A stretch of 64,000 bases of DNA from an uncultured Candidatus Saccharimonas sp. (GTDB taxonomy: Bacteria > Patescibacteriota > Saccharimonadia > Saccharimonadales > OMJO01). The DNA is taken from contig CALRAM010000001.1 of the NCBI GenBank assembly GCA_943353165.1, positions 109,803 to 173,802 on the forward strand, written 5' to 3'. Positions 14,637 to 24,039 of this stretch are shown one piece after another. A model generated the notes under the pieces. That model had not been told where the DNA came from. It saw only the letters and a list, made by a program, of their open reading frames with translations, and did not search any database. Position numbers and translations under genes: made by a program. The first letter of the stretch is position 1. Each line of letters begins with the position of its first letter.

Positions 14637-15740
14637 ATGAACGAAGATATTGTACCCCCTATCAACGAAAGCGCAGACCTAGAAAGAGAAAGATTAAATA
14701 GTCTGATAAATAGTATGGGCGACGGCGTAATAGCAATAGATGAGTCAAAAACGGTGGTACTGACAAATGGTGCCGCCCTGAATATATTGGATGTAAATGG
14801 TTCCCTGACAGGAAAATCACTAGGAACCGTCCTAAATTTGATAGATAAAAACAATCAGCCGGTTGATATATCCGCAATCATCGATAATACAAATACTTCT
14901 ACTGCATCCCGCGAGTGGCGAATAAAGTACTCCAATGAAGAAATAGCAAATCTGTACACCAGCATAGCTCCTGTCAAATTGGGATATGGCAAAAAAGGAA
15001 TGCGAGGCTACGTTATATTGATAAGGGACATTACCAGAGAAAAATCGCTGGAAGAGGAAAGGGATGAGTTTATCAGCGTTGTCAGTCACGAACTCAGAAC
15101 ACCTGTTGCGATTGCAGAAGGTAACGTCAGCAATGCTATTTTTTTACTCGAAAAACAAAATATCAGTCCTCCTATAACTGAATCTTTGAAACAAACCTAT
15201 TCACAAATAATATTTTTGGCAGGCATGATAAACGATTTGTCTACACTATCCAGAGCAGAAAGAGGCAAACTAATAATTGATATTGAACCCATAAATGTTG
15301 ACTCGTTAATCAACGAACTAGTAGCGAGCTACACCGATGAAGCACAAAAAAAATCATTGCAGATTAAAGCACACCTTGACCCCAAACTAGAAGTTTTACA
15401 ATCTAGTCGTTTATATGTAACAGAAATACTCCAAAATTTTATAACTAACTCTATAAAATATACGCAAGCAGGCCATATCGTGGTTGGCGCTATTCCTAAA
15501 ACTAACGGTATAGAGTTTTATGTTCAGGATACAGGGATAGGAATTAGCAAAACAGACAAAGATAAAGTTTTTGATAAATTCTTTCGTAGCGCTGACTTTC
15601 GTACCAAAGAAAACAAAGGCACCGGTCTGGGACTCTACGTTACTATGAAACTCGCAAAATTGATAAATGCAGAAATCAAAGTAGAAACCGAGATAAACGT
15701 GGGATCTACCTTTATGATATTTGTACCAAATCTTAAATAG
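14637..15740 (+). CDS. cytoplasmic sensor histidine kinase (PAS + HisKA + HATPase_c), no adjacent response regulator
   Basis: H-box FISVVSHELRTP; N-box ILQNFITNSIKYT; G-boxes QDTGIGIS and GTGLGLY. No TM segment. Confidence 0.85.
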   Translation: MNEDIVPPINESADLERERLNSLINSMGDGVIAIDESKTVVLTNGAALNILDVNGSLTGKSLGTVLNLIDKNNQPVDISAIIDNTNTSTASREWRIKYSNEEIANLYTSIAPVKLGYGKKGMRGYVILIRDITREKSLEEERDEFISVVSHELRTPVAIAEGNVSNAIFLLEKQNISPPITESLKQTYSQIIFLAGMINDLSTLSRAERGKLIIDIEPINVDSLINELVASYTDEAQKKSLQIKAHLDPKLEVLQSSRLYVTEILQNFITNSIKYTQAGHIVVGAIPKTNGIEFYVQDTGIGISKTDKDKVFDKFFRSADFRTKENKGTGLGLYVTMKLAKLINAEIKVETEINVGSTFMIFVPNLK

Positions 15741-15825
15741 TGTTTGACTATCTTTTGGTTTCGCGGTACTATTGACTTGACGACATCTACAAGTTTTGTA
15801 GGTGTTTTAAATTTTAGGAGACAGT

Positions 15826-16218
15826 GTGGCTATTAAAAAAACAATCCAACCCCGTAGCACAAAGAAAACGGAAAGCATCAGAGACAAGGCTAGTAAAGTG
15901 CCAAAGTCAAAACCAGAAAGACGCAGAATACACAGTGCGGTTTCAAAATTTAGCTTTTTAGGCGTATTCATAAAAACTATCCTGAGACCATTTGATAAAA
16001 AGCCTGTCAGAAAAACTTTGCATATAATTGGACTGGTCCTATGGCCACGCTATTTTAGAGGCGCATGGTCGGAACTCAGACTGGTTATATGGCCATCTAA
16101 TAGAGAAACACGAAAACTAACGAGCGCAGTTATCGTATTTGCATTTGTCTTTGGGGCGATAATCTCAATTACAGATTATGGCTTAGATAAAGTTTTCAAG
16201 AAATTTATACTTAAATAG
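15826..16218 (+). CDS. secE: preprotein translocase subunit SecE with a basic N-terminal extension
   Basis: The C-terminal single TM (RETRKLTSAVIVFAFVFGAIISITDYGLDKVF) and its position immediately upstream of nusG support the call. Confidence 0.75.
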   Translation: MAIKKTIQPRSTKKTESIRDKASKVPKSKPERRRIHSAVSKFSFLGVFIKTILRPFDKKPVRKTLHIIGLVLWPRYFRGAWSELRLVIWPSNRETRKLTSAVIVFAFVFGAIISITDYGLDKVFKKFILK

Positions 16219-16225
16219 GGAGATA

Positions 16226-16774
16226 ATGACAATGATCAACAGATATGACACAAAGAAACACTGGTATGCCATCCATACTTATAGCGGTTACGAAGAAAAA
16301 GTAGCTGAAACAATTAGACAACGTGCCGAAAGTTTGGATATGAATGACAAGATTTTCAATGTTATCGTACCAAAAGAAAAAATGATTGAAGTAAAAAATG
16401 GCAAAAGAAAAGTAGTAGAAAAACGTATTTTTCAGGGCTATGTCATGGTCGAAATGAAAATGGACGAAGCCAGTTGGTATATGGTCAGAAATACACTTTC
16501 TGTTACTGGCTTTGTGGGCAGCGGTACAGAACCAACACCTATCGAAGACGAAGAGATGGAAAAAATAATGAAACGTATGGGTCGTGAAGAACCAAAACAC
16601 AAAATTGATTTCAATATCGGCGAAGTAGTCAGCATAACTGACGGTCCGTTTAAAGGTTTTGACGGTTCAATAAACGAAATAGATGCCCAAAAAGGCAAGC
16701 TAAAAGTACTAGTAAATATGTTTGGCAGAGATACGCCAGTTGAGCTAGATAGTTTGCAGGTAAAACGCGTTTAA
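16226..16774 (+). CDS. nusG: transcription termination/antitermination factor NusG
   Basis: NGN domain WYAIHTYSGYEEKV; KOW motif GEVVSITDGPFKGFDGSINEID. Confidence 0.9.
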   Translation: MTMINRYDTKKHWYAIHTYSGYEEKVAETIRQRAESLDMNDKIFNVIVPKEKMIEVKNGKRKVVEKRIFQGYVMVEMKMDEASWYMVRNTLSVTGFVGSGTEPTPIEDEEMEKIMKRMGREEPKHKIDFNIGEVVSITDGPFKGFDGSINEIDAQKGKLKVLVNMFGRDTPVELDSLQVKRV

Positions 16775-16886
16775 ATTTTGAACTGATTTTATCTCTGGAC
16801 AACAGGGGTAATTTATAGTAAACTAAAAGAGTTACGCACTCAGTCTGATCAACTAATCAGATTAAGCGCATTTATAGGAGACAAAT

Positions 16887-17315
16887 ATGGCTGGAAAAGT
16901 TGTAAAAGCAAATCTAAAAATGAAACTAAAAGGTGGTCAGGCTAATGCTGCGCCACCAGTTGGTAGTACCCTAGGCCAATACGGCGTAAACATGATGGAC
17001 TTCATCACTCCATTTAATGAACAAACCAAAGACCAAATGGGCAAAAATGTTACAGTTCATATAGCAATATACGAAGACAGATCTATGAGCTTTAGAGTAG
17101 TCAGCGCACCTGCTGACGATTTGATTAGAGACGCATTAGGAATCAAAAAAGGCTCTGGAAAACCGAATAGCGAAAAAATTACTAAAAAATTAACAGATAC
17201 GCAATTGACAGAGATAGCAGAAATAAAAGCCAAAGACATGAACACAGACGACATACCCGCAGTCAAAAAAATGATTGCCGGTACTGCCCGTAGTATGGGT
17301 GTTGAAATAGCGTAA
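16887..17315 (+). CDS. rplK: 50S ribosomal protein L11
   Basis: GGQANAAPPVGSTLGQYGVNMMDFITPFN is the canonical L11 N-domain. Confidence 0.9.
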   Translation: MAGKVVKANLKMKLKGGQANAAPPVGSTLGQYGVNMMDFITPFNEQTKDQMGKNVTVHIAIYEDRSMSFRVVSAPADDLIRDALGIKKGSGKPNSEKITKKLTDTQLTEIAEIKAKDMNTDDIPAVKKMIAGTARSMGVEIA

Positions 17316-17377
17316 TATTAATATAATTTGTGGGACCCGAAACTTTTAATAATCGGGGTTTGTACCACGAAAGGAAT

Positions 17378-18331
17378 AACATGACTAAAGCTACTACAGA
17401 ACTGAAAGATACAAAACCAAAAAAAGAAGATATTTTGATTACTGAAACTGAAATATCTAAAGCTGATTCTACTAAAAAAGCTACAAAAACCGAAAAAGCT
17501 ACGCCAACGGCTAAAGCAGGAAAAAGAAGCTCCAAGTCAGTCAAAGAAGAAGCCGATAAAACAACCAAAGAACTACGAAAAGCCACTCCGGCTACTGACG
17601 ATACACCTGCAAAGGTAACTCCTGTTATTCGTGCCAGAACTACTCTGGAACGTCGCAGCAAAGCTTACCGTGCTGTTGCGGGTCAAATCGATAAAGAAAA
17701 GCTGTACCCATTGGCAGAAGCTTTAGACCTAGTTATAAAAACTAATCCAGTTAAATTTGACGCTACAGTAGAGCTCCACGTAAATTTGGGAGTTGATCCA
17801 CGACATGCTGACCAAAATATACGGCAAACTGTTGTTTTGCCTTCCGGAACAGGCAAAACTATAAAAGTAGCTGTTTTTGCAGACAGTGATGATATAGAAA
17901 AAGCTAAAAAAGCTGGAGCAGACATAGCTGGTGGAGACGAATTCTTGCAACAACTAGACAAAGGTATCATAGATTTTGATATCCTGATTTCTACACCGTC
18001 TATGATGGCAAAACTAGGTAAATATGCACGTATCCTAGGTCCAAAAGGTCTGATGCCTAACCCAAAAAGTGGAACTGTTACTCCAAATGTATCCAAAGCT
18101 GTCACTGAGGCAAAAACTGGAAAAATAGAATACAGAGTAGATACGACCGGTATAGTTCATATTGGCGTAGGAAAAACTAGTTTTGGCGTAGAAAAGCTGA
18201 CTGTAAACACCCAGGCTATTTTGGACAGCATAAAAGCTTCCAAACCCGCTAGCGTTAAAGGCATCTATTTTAAATCAGCGTTTTTGACTTCTTCTATGGG
18301 ACCCAGCGTAAAGCTAGAGATCACCGTTTAG
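17378..18331 (+). CDS. rplA: 50S ribosomal protein L1 with a Lys/Thr/Ala-rich N-terminal extension of about 100 aa
   Basis: The L1 core runs from RSKAYRAVAGQIDKEKLYPLAEALDLV to the end (FDATVELHVNLGVDPRHADQNIR, GPKGLMPNPKSGTV). The ATG at 17378 lies within the longer ORF that starts at 17330. Confidence 0.85.
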   Translation, partial: NMTKATTELKDTKPKKEDILITETEISKADSTKKATKTEKATPTAKAGKRSSKSVKEEADKTTKELRKATPATDDTPAKVTPVIRARTTLERRSKAYRAVAGQIDKEKLYPLAEALDLVIKTNPVKFDATVELHVNLGVDPRHADQNIRQTVVLPSGTGKTIKVAVFADSDDIEKAKKAGADIAGGDEFLQQLDKGIIDFDILISTPSMMAKLGKYARILGPKGLMPNPKSGTVTPNVSKAVTEAKTGKIEYRVDTTGIVHIGVGKTSFGVEKLTVNTQAILDSIKASKPASVKGIYFKSAFLTSSMGPSVKLEITV

Positions 18332-18365
18332 CATATTTTTTTCATTGTCCTGATACAATAGCAGT

Positions 18366-19124
18366 ATGGTAATAATAGGGATAACTGGAGCAATTGGTCA
18401 CGGCAAAACAACCCTAGCCAAAGCTTTTGAAAGCGCTACGACTAGTTCTATACATCTGGAAATAGGCGATTTGGTCTGTGAAGTAGCAAATAAACTGAAC
18501 GAGCACCTGACTGTTTTACCTACAAAAAACGATTATCAATCTATAAATAATTGGCTACGGTTTTTGCCTGATATTTTGCAGACATTTACTCATACTGAAT
18601 GCACCCTTAATGATTTGGCTCTAAAAGGAGCCCCAAACGACTCTGATATTTCTGTGCATAATAATTTGTTTGAATATTTGGACAAACTACAGATAAATCC
18701 AGAATTATCTAAAATCAAAATTACAGCTTCTAATAAAGAAAACTACCGGGATTTTCTGCAATGGCTGGGAGGTTATTTGATCATAAAGATAAATCCTGGA
18801 ATATGGTCCACGGAAATTATCCACAGATTAAATGATTCAGATAAAATGTTGGGTGTAGTTGGCGGGATAAGGTACCCCTTCGATGCCCAAACTATACGCA
18901 AAGCCGGAGGTGTTATAGTTCAGATTCAACGAAACGGTAGCACAGAGCAGGATTTGGCCGACGCCACAGAGTCACAGCGTAGACTGATAGAACCCGATAC
19001 AGTTGTAGATAACAATTCCAGCATTGCAGACTTGAAACTGGCTGCAAAAATAATTCTAGCTGACATAAAGGCTGGAAATCTAGCTAAAAAATACGACTGC
19101 AAAAGAATCAATTTAAATAAATAG
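18366..19124 (+). CDS. P-loop NTPase, dephospho-CoA kinase / dNMP kinase-like
   Basis: The N-terminus IIGITGAIGHGKTTLAKAF is CoaE-like. The rest is divergent. Confidence 0.45.
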   Translation: MVIIGITGAIGHGKTTLAKAFESATTSSIHLEIGDLVCEVANKLNEHLTVLPTKNDYQSINNWLRFLPDILQTFTHTECTLNDLALKGAPNDSDISVHNNLFEYLDKLQINPELSKIKITASNKENYRDFLQWLGGYLIIKINPGIWSTEIIHRLNDSDKMLGVVGGIRYPFDAQTIRKAGGVIVQIQRNGSTEQDLADATESQRRLIEPDTVVDNNSSIADLKLAAKIILADIKAGNLAKKYDCKRINLNK

Positions 19125-19310
19125 TTCCAAAAATAACGCTACTAATTATCATATGACTATTGCTTGTTGTAGGTATTGCCGTCATCTAGTGTGACGGACT
19201 AAGTGTTACCGGTTGAAAATGTTGGATTTAACACCTTATAATGTGAGACCTTAATTAGCTCATTATATAAACTTGAAAATAAAGCTGGTATGTGTTAGAA
19301 TAAATATATT

Positions 19311-19862
19311 ATGAGTGAACGTCCATTTTCTATTCAGCGTGGTGTTGGAAACAAAACCAAAGACGGTGATCTATCTTTTGTTCGCGAGCTTGGAAGTTAT
19401 GCAGAAGATGTTGGTGTAGTTCTACATGCCACTCTGGGCATGTCCGCGATTGAGCTTGTACGGCGTTCTGAAATCAAATCATTGCAATCTGAGCATCCAC
19501 AGCTAAATAGGGATGACTTAGAAGACTTTCTCCAAAGATATAAAAGAGGTCAAGGTAAAATCCTTAGTGACTTTATAAATGTCGCTGTAATCGGTGCTCG
19601 TCTGTATGAAGTTGAAAATGGAGTTATATGGTTGGGTGGTCAGCTTAGCGAAGATTGTCAAGACGCAATGAGTGACAACAGGGTAGTGCTCTCTAAAATG
19701 CTGAGTGAAGCAACGGGGTCAACTATTGAACTTCCCGAGAGGGAGCTTTATGTAAATATCGGTGTGGTTGATGAGAATGCTGATGATGCAGCACCATTGT
19801 TGGATTATGTGGCTAGTAAATTGCCCGACAAACTTTTCCTCTACGATGTAGATATTCACTAA
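19311..19862 (+). CDS. hypothetical protein
   Basis: 183-aa ORF. An extended -10 (TGtTAGAAT, 19291-19299) lies about 11 nt before the ATG. Confidence 0.45.
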   Translation: MSERPFSIQRGVGNKTKDGDLSFVRELGSYAEDVGVVLHATLGMSAIELVRRSEIKSLQSEHPQLNRDDLEDFLQRYKRGQGKILSDFINVAVIGARLYEVENGVIWLGGQLSEDCQDAMSDNRVVLSKMLSEATGSTIELPERELYVNIGVVDENADDAAPLLDYVASKLPDKLFLYDVDIH

Positions 19863-19926
19863 ACTTCGGACATCCAAGTAGAGCAGGGTTGCGAGAATCT
19901 AAAATATCACTAGAGCGTAACAAACA

Positions 19927-19973
19927 AACTGGGAAGATTTAATGATCCGCTGCCCGAAATGCTTATTAAAAAA
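19927..19973 (+). repeat. 47-nt intergenic repeat, copy B (partner at 9179-9225)
   Basis: 42 of 47 nt identical to the partner. It contains a relic mini-ORF, MIRCPKCLLKKILK. Confidence 0.6.
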
Positions 19974-20047
19974 GATACTAAAATAATGCTAATGCTTGCA
20001 CCGGCCTTCGCACAAAACGTACAATAGGTATAACTATTGGAGGAATT

Positions 20048-20761
20048 ATGGGAGTTTATAGCAACACACAAATTCACGAAGCTCTAAGAGATGGGCATAT
20101 AGTTTGTGTACCCCATGACCCAAAACACGTTGCACACGCCAGTCTAGACGTAACGCTGGGCTATTACTACTATCGGCCAGAAAAAGACGGGCATCAGACT
20201 ATATATAATCCTTTTGATGAAAATGATGTCAGAAGATATTTTTCTGGACCACAGAAAGCTATCGCCCACAAAGATTGGTGCGATCAAAACGGAGTTAAGC
20301 AACTAAAAGGTATCCCCCCGGATCATCCAATCATACCTTTGGGACCTGGAGAGCGTATTTTGGCCCACACACACGAGTTTTTTGGCATAAAACCACCTGG
20401 AGCGTATGAATTAAAATCTCGCTCTAGTTGGGGCAGAAATGGCGTGGCTGTATGTTTTGATGCTGGCTGGGTTGATCCAGGATATATCAACAGGCTGACT
20501 CTAGAAATCTACAACCTAAATAACAAAGAAACGATATTATTGCCCGTTGGCGAGAGGATAGCGCAGGCTATATTTCATGAAACAGGTCCAGTGGAAGGCA
20601 ATTATGGCGAAGGCAGAGACAAAGGTTTTAGCGGAAAGTATCAATCGGGCACTGATTTGAACGAACTTATAGCACAATGGACTCCCGAACAAATGCTGCC
20701 AAAAGCCTATAAAGATACTAGAAATCTTCCGAAAGATATACAAGGTTTAAAAGCACGATGA
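20048..20761 (+). CDS. dcd: dCTP deaminase / dUTPase-superfamily enzyme (long form)
   Basis: The N-terminus IHEALRDGHIVCVP...ASLDVTLG and GERIAQAIF fit the Dcd family pattern. 237 aa. Confidence 0.7.
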   Translation: MGVYSNTQIHEALRDGHIVCVPHDPKHVAHASLDVTLGYYYYRPEKDGHQTIYNPFDENDVRRYFSGPQKAIAHKDWCDQNGVKQLKGIPPDHPIIPLGPGERILAHTHEFFGIKPPGAYELKSRSSWGRNGVAVCFDAGWVDPGYINRLTLEIYNLNNKETILLPVGERIAQAIFHETGPVEGNYGEGRDKGFSGKYQSGTDLNELIAQWTPEQMLPKAYKDTRNLPKDIQGLKAR

Positions 20762-23097
20762 CAACGCAGTCTCTAGTTCGAAAAGGAAGTTTTATAGTTA
20801 TTGAAGGCACGGACGGGTCTGGCAAAGGTACCCAGTTTGAACTACTAGCAAACAGATTGACCAAAGAAGGTTACCAAGTAGAAACTTTTGATTTCCCTCA
20901 ATACAGCGAAGATTCTAGCTATTTTATAAAAAAATACTTAAATGGTGAATATGGAACAATGGAAAAAGTAGGACCATACACCGGCTCGATTTTTTATGCT
21001 TTGGATAGATACCAAGCAGCTACCAAAATTCAAAAAGCCCTCGACGCCGGGAAAGTTGTACTAGCAAATAGGTTTACAGGCTCAAATATGGCCCATCAGG
21101 GCGCTAAATTTGACAACAAAGAAGAACGGTTGGGGTATTTTATCTGGCTGGATAATTTGGAGTTTCAGATATTGAACATACCTCGTCCAGACAAATCATT
21201 TATTTTACGCGTACCAGCGTATATTTCCCAGGCGTTAGTCGATAAAAAGCCCCAGAGAGCATATACTGACAAAAAACGAGATCTGCATGAAGCTGACATA
21301 GATCATTTGGAGAAATCTGTTGAAGTTTATGATGATTTGTGTCAACTATTTCCAAAAGACTTTGCCAGAATCGACTGCGTACGCGATAGAACTATTTTGC
21401 ATATTGAAGTCATACACGACATGCTCTGGAAAACCATCGAACCTTTACTGCCTCCTAAGTTGGATATATCGGCAGAATCACCGAACGAAATAGTTCACAC
21501 CAAAATAACTAATCCGTATCTAGAGAAACAATTAGATGGAAGTTTTGTTATTACAGAAGAAGGAAACAAGTTTCTAGGTGAGGCCGTAACAAACACAGAG
21601 GGCTCTGTGTATGGTTTTTATGACAAACTCAGTCCAATGACTATAGCTGCAGCCATGGCACGCCTGAGCCGCCGAAGTGACGATATGCGAGTAACAATAC
21701 TAGATGAATTTACAAATACTAGCGGCAAAGATACTGATTTGCTGCGTAGAGTTATCACTGCCTACGGCGACGACTCGGTACAGCAATTGGCTGGACAGCA
21801 CATAGTCGTAGAGGGAGCCAGCAATTTATTAACAAAACAAATAGAATGGGGCAGGCTGGCATCTTATCTAGAACAATCAACTAGATATATTTACTATGAT
21901 AAAAAAGATGCCAATGGAAAATACAGTTATTTTGTGCCATCAGAATTAGACGAAAATACCACCTCCTTATATGTCAGTGCAAGTGATAAAATATTTGATC
22001 TGTACTCTATTATGGTTAGGAAATTAACTGAGTATATTACTGCCGAATCAAAAACTGCAAAATCAGATCAAGACCCAGCCTGGCGGTCTGCTGTTCGGGC
22101 CCAAGCCTGCGACGTGGCACGAATGGCTCTGCCTGTGTCTGCTAAATCTACAGTGGGAATATACGCTAGTGGGCAGGCACTGGAGCATATGATTATGCGC
22201 TTGAAAGCCAGCCCTAGTTTAGAAGCCAGACAAACAGCCGAAAGCATACTAGTAGAAGCCCGAAAAACTATACCAATTTTTCTAGAGCGGGCAGACAAAC
22301 CAGACCGTGGCGGAGCCATGACAGCTTATTTTGCAAATACTCGTCGTGCTGTTGCTGCTCTGGCCGATAAACTATTGCCCGAAACATATGGATATTTGCC
22401 AGAAGCTGTCACTCTGGTCAGACATTGGCCAATAAACGAAATAGACTTGGTTCCACATATGCTGTACGAACATAGCAGCATGTCCTTGGCAGACATAAAA
22501 GTTAATGTAGATAAAATGTCGATAGACGAAAAGATTACTATTTTTGAAACTTATATGGGAGAGAGACTAAACCGGCGGCAAAAGCCCGGTAGAGCAATGG
22601 AGCAAGCTAGATATACTTGGGATTTGGTTTGCGATTACGGTATATTTCGTGATCTGCAGAGGCACAGAATGGTTGATGATTTGCAATGGCAGCAACTCAG
22701 CCCAAGGTATGGTTACGATATTCCAGAACTGATAAATGAAGCTGGACTCTCAGAAACTTACGAAAAATGTTTTGATCTGTCTTTTCAACTGTACGGTTTA
22801 TTGCAAGCGTCTGGATATTATTACGAAGCACAATATGCCACTCTGCTAGGGCACAAAATGCGCTGGACAGTCACCTACAACGCCAGGCAAGCCTTTCATT
22901 TACACGAAATTCGTACCACACCACAAGGTCATCCCGGTTATCGCAAATTGGTAAAACAGATGCACCAAATACTTTCAGAAAAACACCCGATGATAGGAGA
23001 AGCCATGAAATTTGTAAACCACGATGAAGACCCTGAATTAACCAGACTAGCCGCTGAGAGAGCAACTCAGTACAAACTAGAAACATTGGACCAATAA
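20758..23097 (+). CDS. thyX: fusion protein: thymidylate kinase (N-terminal, about 210 aa) + long-form FAD-dependent thymidylate synthase ThyX (C-terminal, about 530 aa)
   Basis: P-loop FIVIEGTDGSGKGTQ and the ALDRY motif indicate Tmk. The ThyX signature is IFRDLQRHRMV, plus HLHEIRTTPQGHPGYR. The frame is continuous, and an ATGA overlap links it to dcd. Confidence 0.8.
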   Translation: MTTQSLVRKGSFIVIEGTDGSGKGTQFELLANRLTKEGYQVETFDFPQYSEDSSYFIKKYLNGEYGTMEKVGPYTGSIFYALDRYQAATKIQKALDAGKVVLANRFTGSNMAHQGAKFDNKEERLGYFIWLDNLEFQILNIPRPDKSFILRVPAYISQALVDKKPQRAYTDKKRDLHEADIDHLEKSVEVYDDLCQLFPKDFARIDCVRDRTILHIEVIHDMLWKTIEPLLPPKLDISAESPNEIVHTKITNPYLEKQLDGSFVITEEGNKFLGEAVTNTEGSVYGFYDKLSPMTIAAAMARLSRRSDDMRVTILDEFTNTSGKDTDLLRRVITAYGDDSVQQLAGQHIVVEGASNLLTKQIEWGRLASYLEQSTRYIYYDKKDANGKYSYFVPSELDENTTSLYVSASDKIFDLYSIMVRKLTEYITAESKTAKSDQDPAWRSAVRAQACDVARMALPVSAKSTVGIYASGQALEHMIMRLKASPSLEARQTAESILVEARKTIPIFLERADKPDRGGAMTAYFANTRRAVAALADKLLPETYGYLPEAVTLVRHWPINEIDLVPHMLYEHSSMSLADIKVNVDKMSIDEKITIFETYMGERLNRRQKPGRAMEQARYTWDLVCDYGIFRDLQRHRMVDDLQWQQLSPRYGYDIPELINEAGLSETYEKCFDLSFQLYGLLQASGYYYEAQYATLLGHKMRWTVTYNARQAFHLHEIRTTPQGHPGYRKLVKQMHQILSEKHPMIGEAMKFVNHDEDPELTRLAAERATQYKLETLDQ

Positions 23098-23103
23098 CGC
23101 AAA

Positions 23104-23475
23104 TTAGAGGTTATTTTGCACATTGTATACAAAAGTATGTGGCGTACCGTCTGGTTGTACAAAAATGCTACATTTCATAGTGTTTTCTGATAATTCCAAT
23201 GTAAATTCAGCATTTTCTTTAGGTAGTACAGGCAGATCTTCTGGATTAACTCCCAATCCTTCTAGCCAGTATTCGTGGACCAGATCATGTGGGCCAACAA
23301 CAAATACCGCTGTCATTTTATCTATAGTACCCTCCACCACTTGACTGTAGCGACACATCAAACTATCTGCATCTTCACGTGCAGCTTGTTCGGTTGACCT
23401 TTTTGGCTGTTCTTCTTTACTTTTTTCTAAAATTGTCATTTTCCTAGCGCCTAGATACAGAGTATGCGTGTGCAT
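23104..23475 (-). CDS. hypothetical protein
   Basis: 123-aa ORF with a possible start at 23439 (MTILEK). No motif recognised. Confidence 0.4.
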   Translation of the reverse strand: MHTHTLYLGARKMTILEKSKEEQPKRSTEQAAREDADSLMCRYSQVVEGTIDKMTAVFVVGPHDLVHEYWLEGLGVNPEDLPVLPKENAEFTLELSENTMKCSIFVQPDGTPHTFVYNVQNNL

Positions 23476-23810
23476 TGTACCCTGTGAATTAATATTTTTT
23501 TGTAGTTCAGACTACAAAAAAGTTGGCGAGGATTGAATTGAGAGATCAACCCTTTTGAACTGCAACTTTTCTGTGGTTTGAATTACTTTCAATTACAAAA
23601 TGTACGCCTGTAAAGTATGGTTGTCAATACTATTTTTATAATATATTATTTACAGTATGAAAATCTTTCAGCTAAATGGATCACTACTCAGTCTATATGG
23701 GCTGTGCTTCAGTTTGGTTGAAGCCTCAGATACTTAGTATCTGAACAGTACAGTCCAAAAAATAAATAGGCTTCAACCAAAAGCCTATTTTTTAATTTGA
23801 GGAGAATACT

Positions 23811-23984
23811 ATGAAAGAAAACTACACAGAGCCAGAACAAACAGAAAATGTAACCGTAGAACAAATTCCTAACTACAAAACTTTGGGAAGAGCTCTAATA
23901 GGTTATGCCGGCACAGAAAGCGAGGCGGATTTACCCGATATACCTAGAGTGCCCAATGAATACTGGGCAAATATGCCTGGATGA
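23811..23984 (+). CDS. hypothetical small acidic protein (57 aa, below the ORF-track cutoff)
   Basis: GGAG RBS 7 nt upstream of the ATG. It reads MKENYTEPEQTENVTVEQIPNYKTLGRALIGYAGTESEADLPDIPRVPNEYWANMPG. Confidence 0.3.
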   Translation: MKENYTEPEQTENVTVEQIPNYKTLGRALIGYAGTESEADLPDIPRVPNEYWANMPG

Positions 23985-24003
23985 TTTAGATACATGCATA
24001 TCC

Positions 24004-24032
24004 TTGACTGGAAGCTAATAATAAGGTAAAAT
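24004..24032 (+). promoter_or_regulatory. sigma70-type promoter of the rplJL operon
   Basis: TTGACT (24004-24009), a 17-nt spacer, then TAAAAT (24027-24032). Confidence 0.55.
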
Positions 24033-24039
24033 TGTAGAG

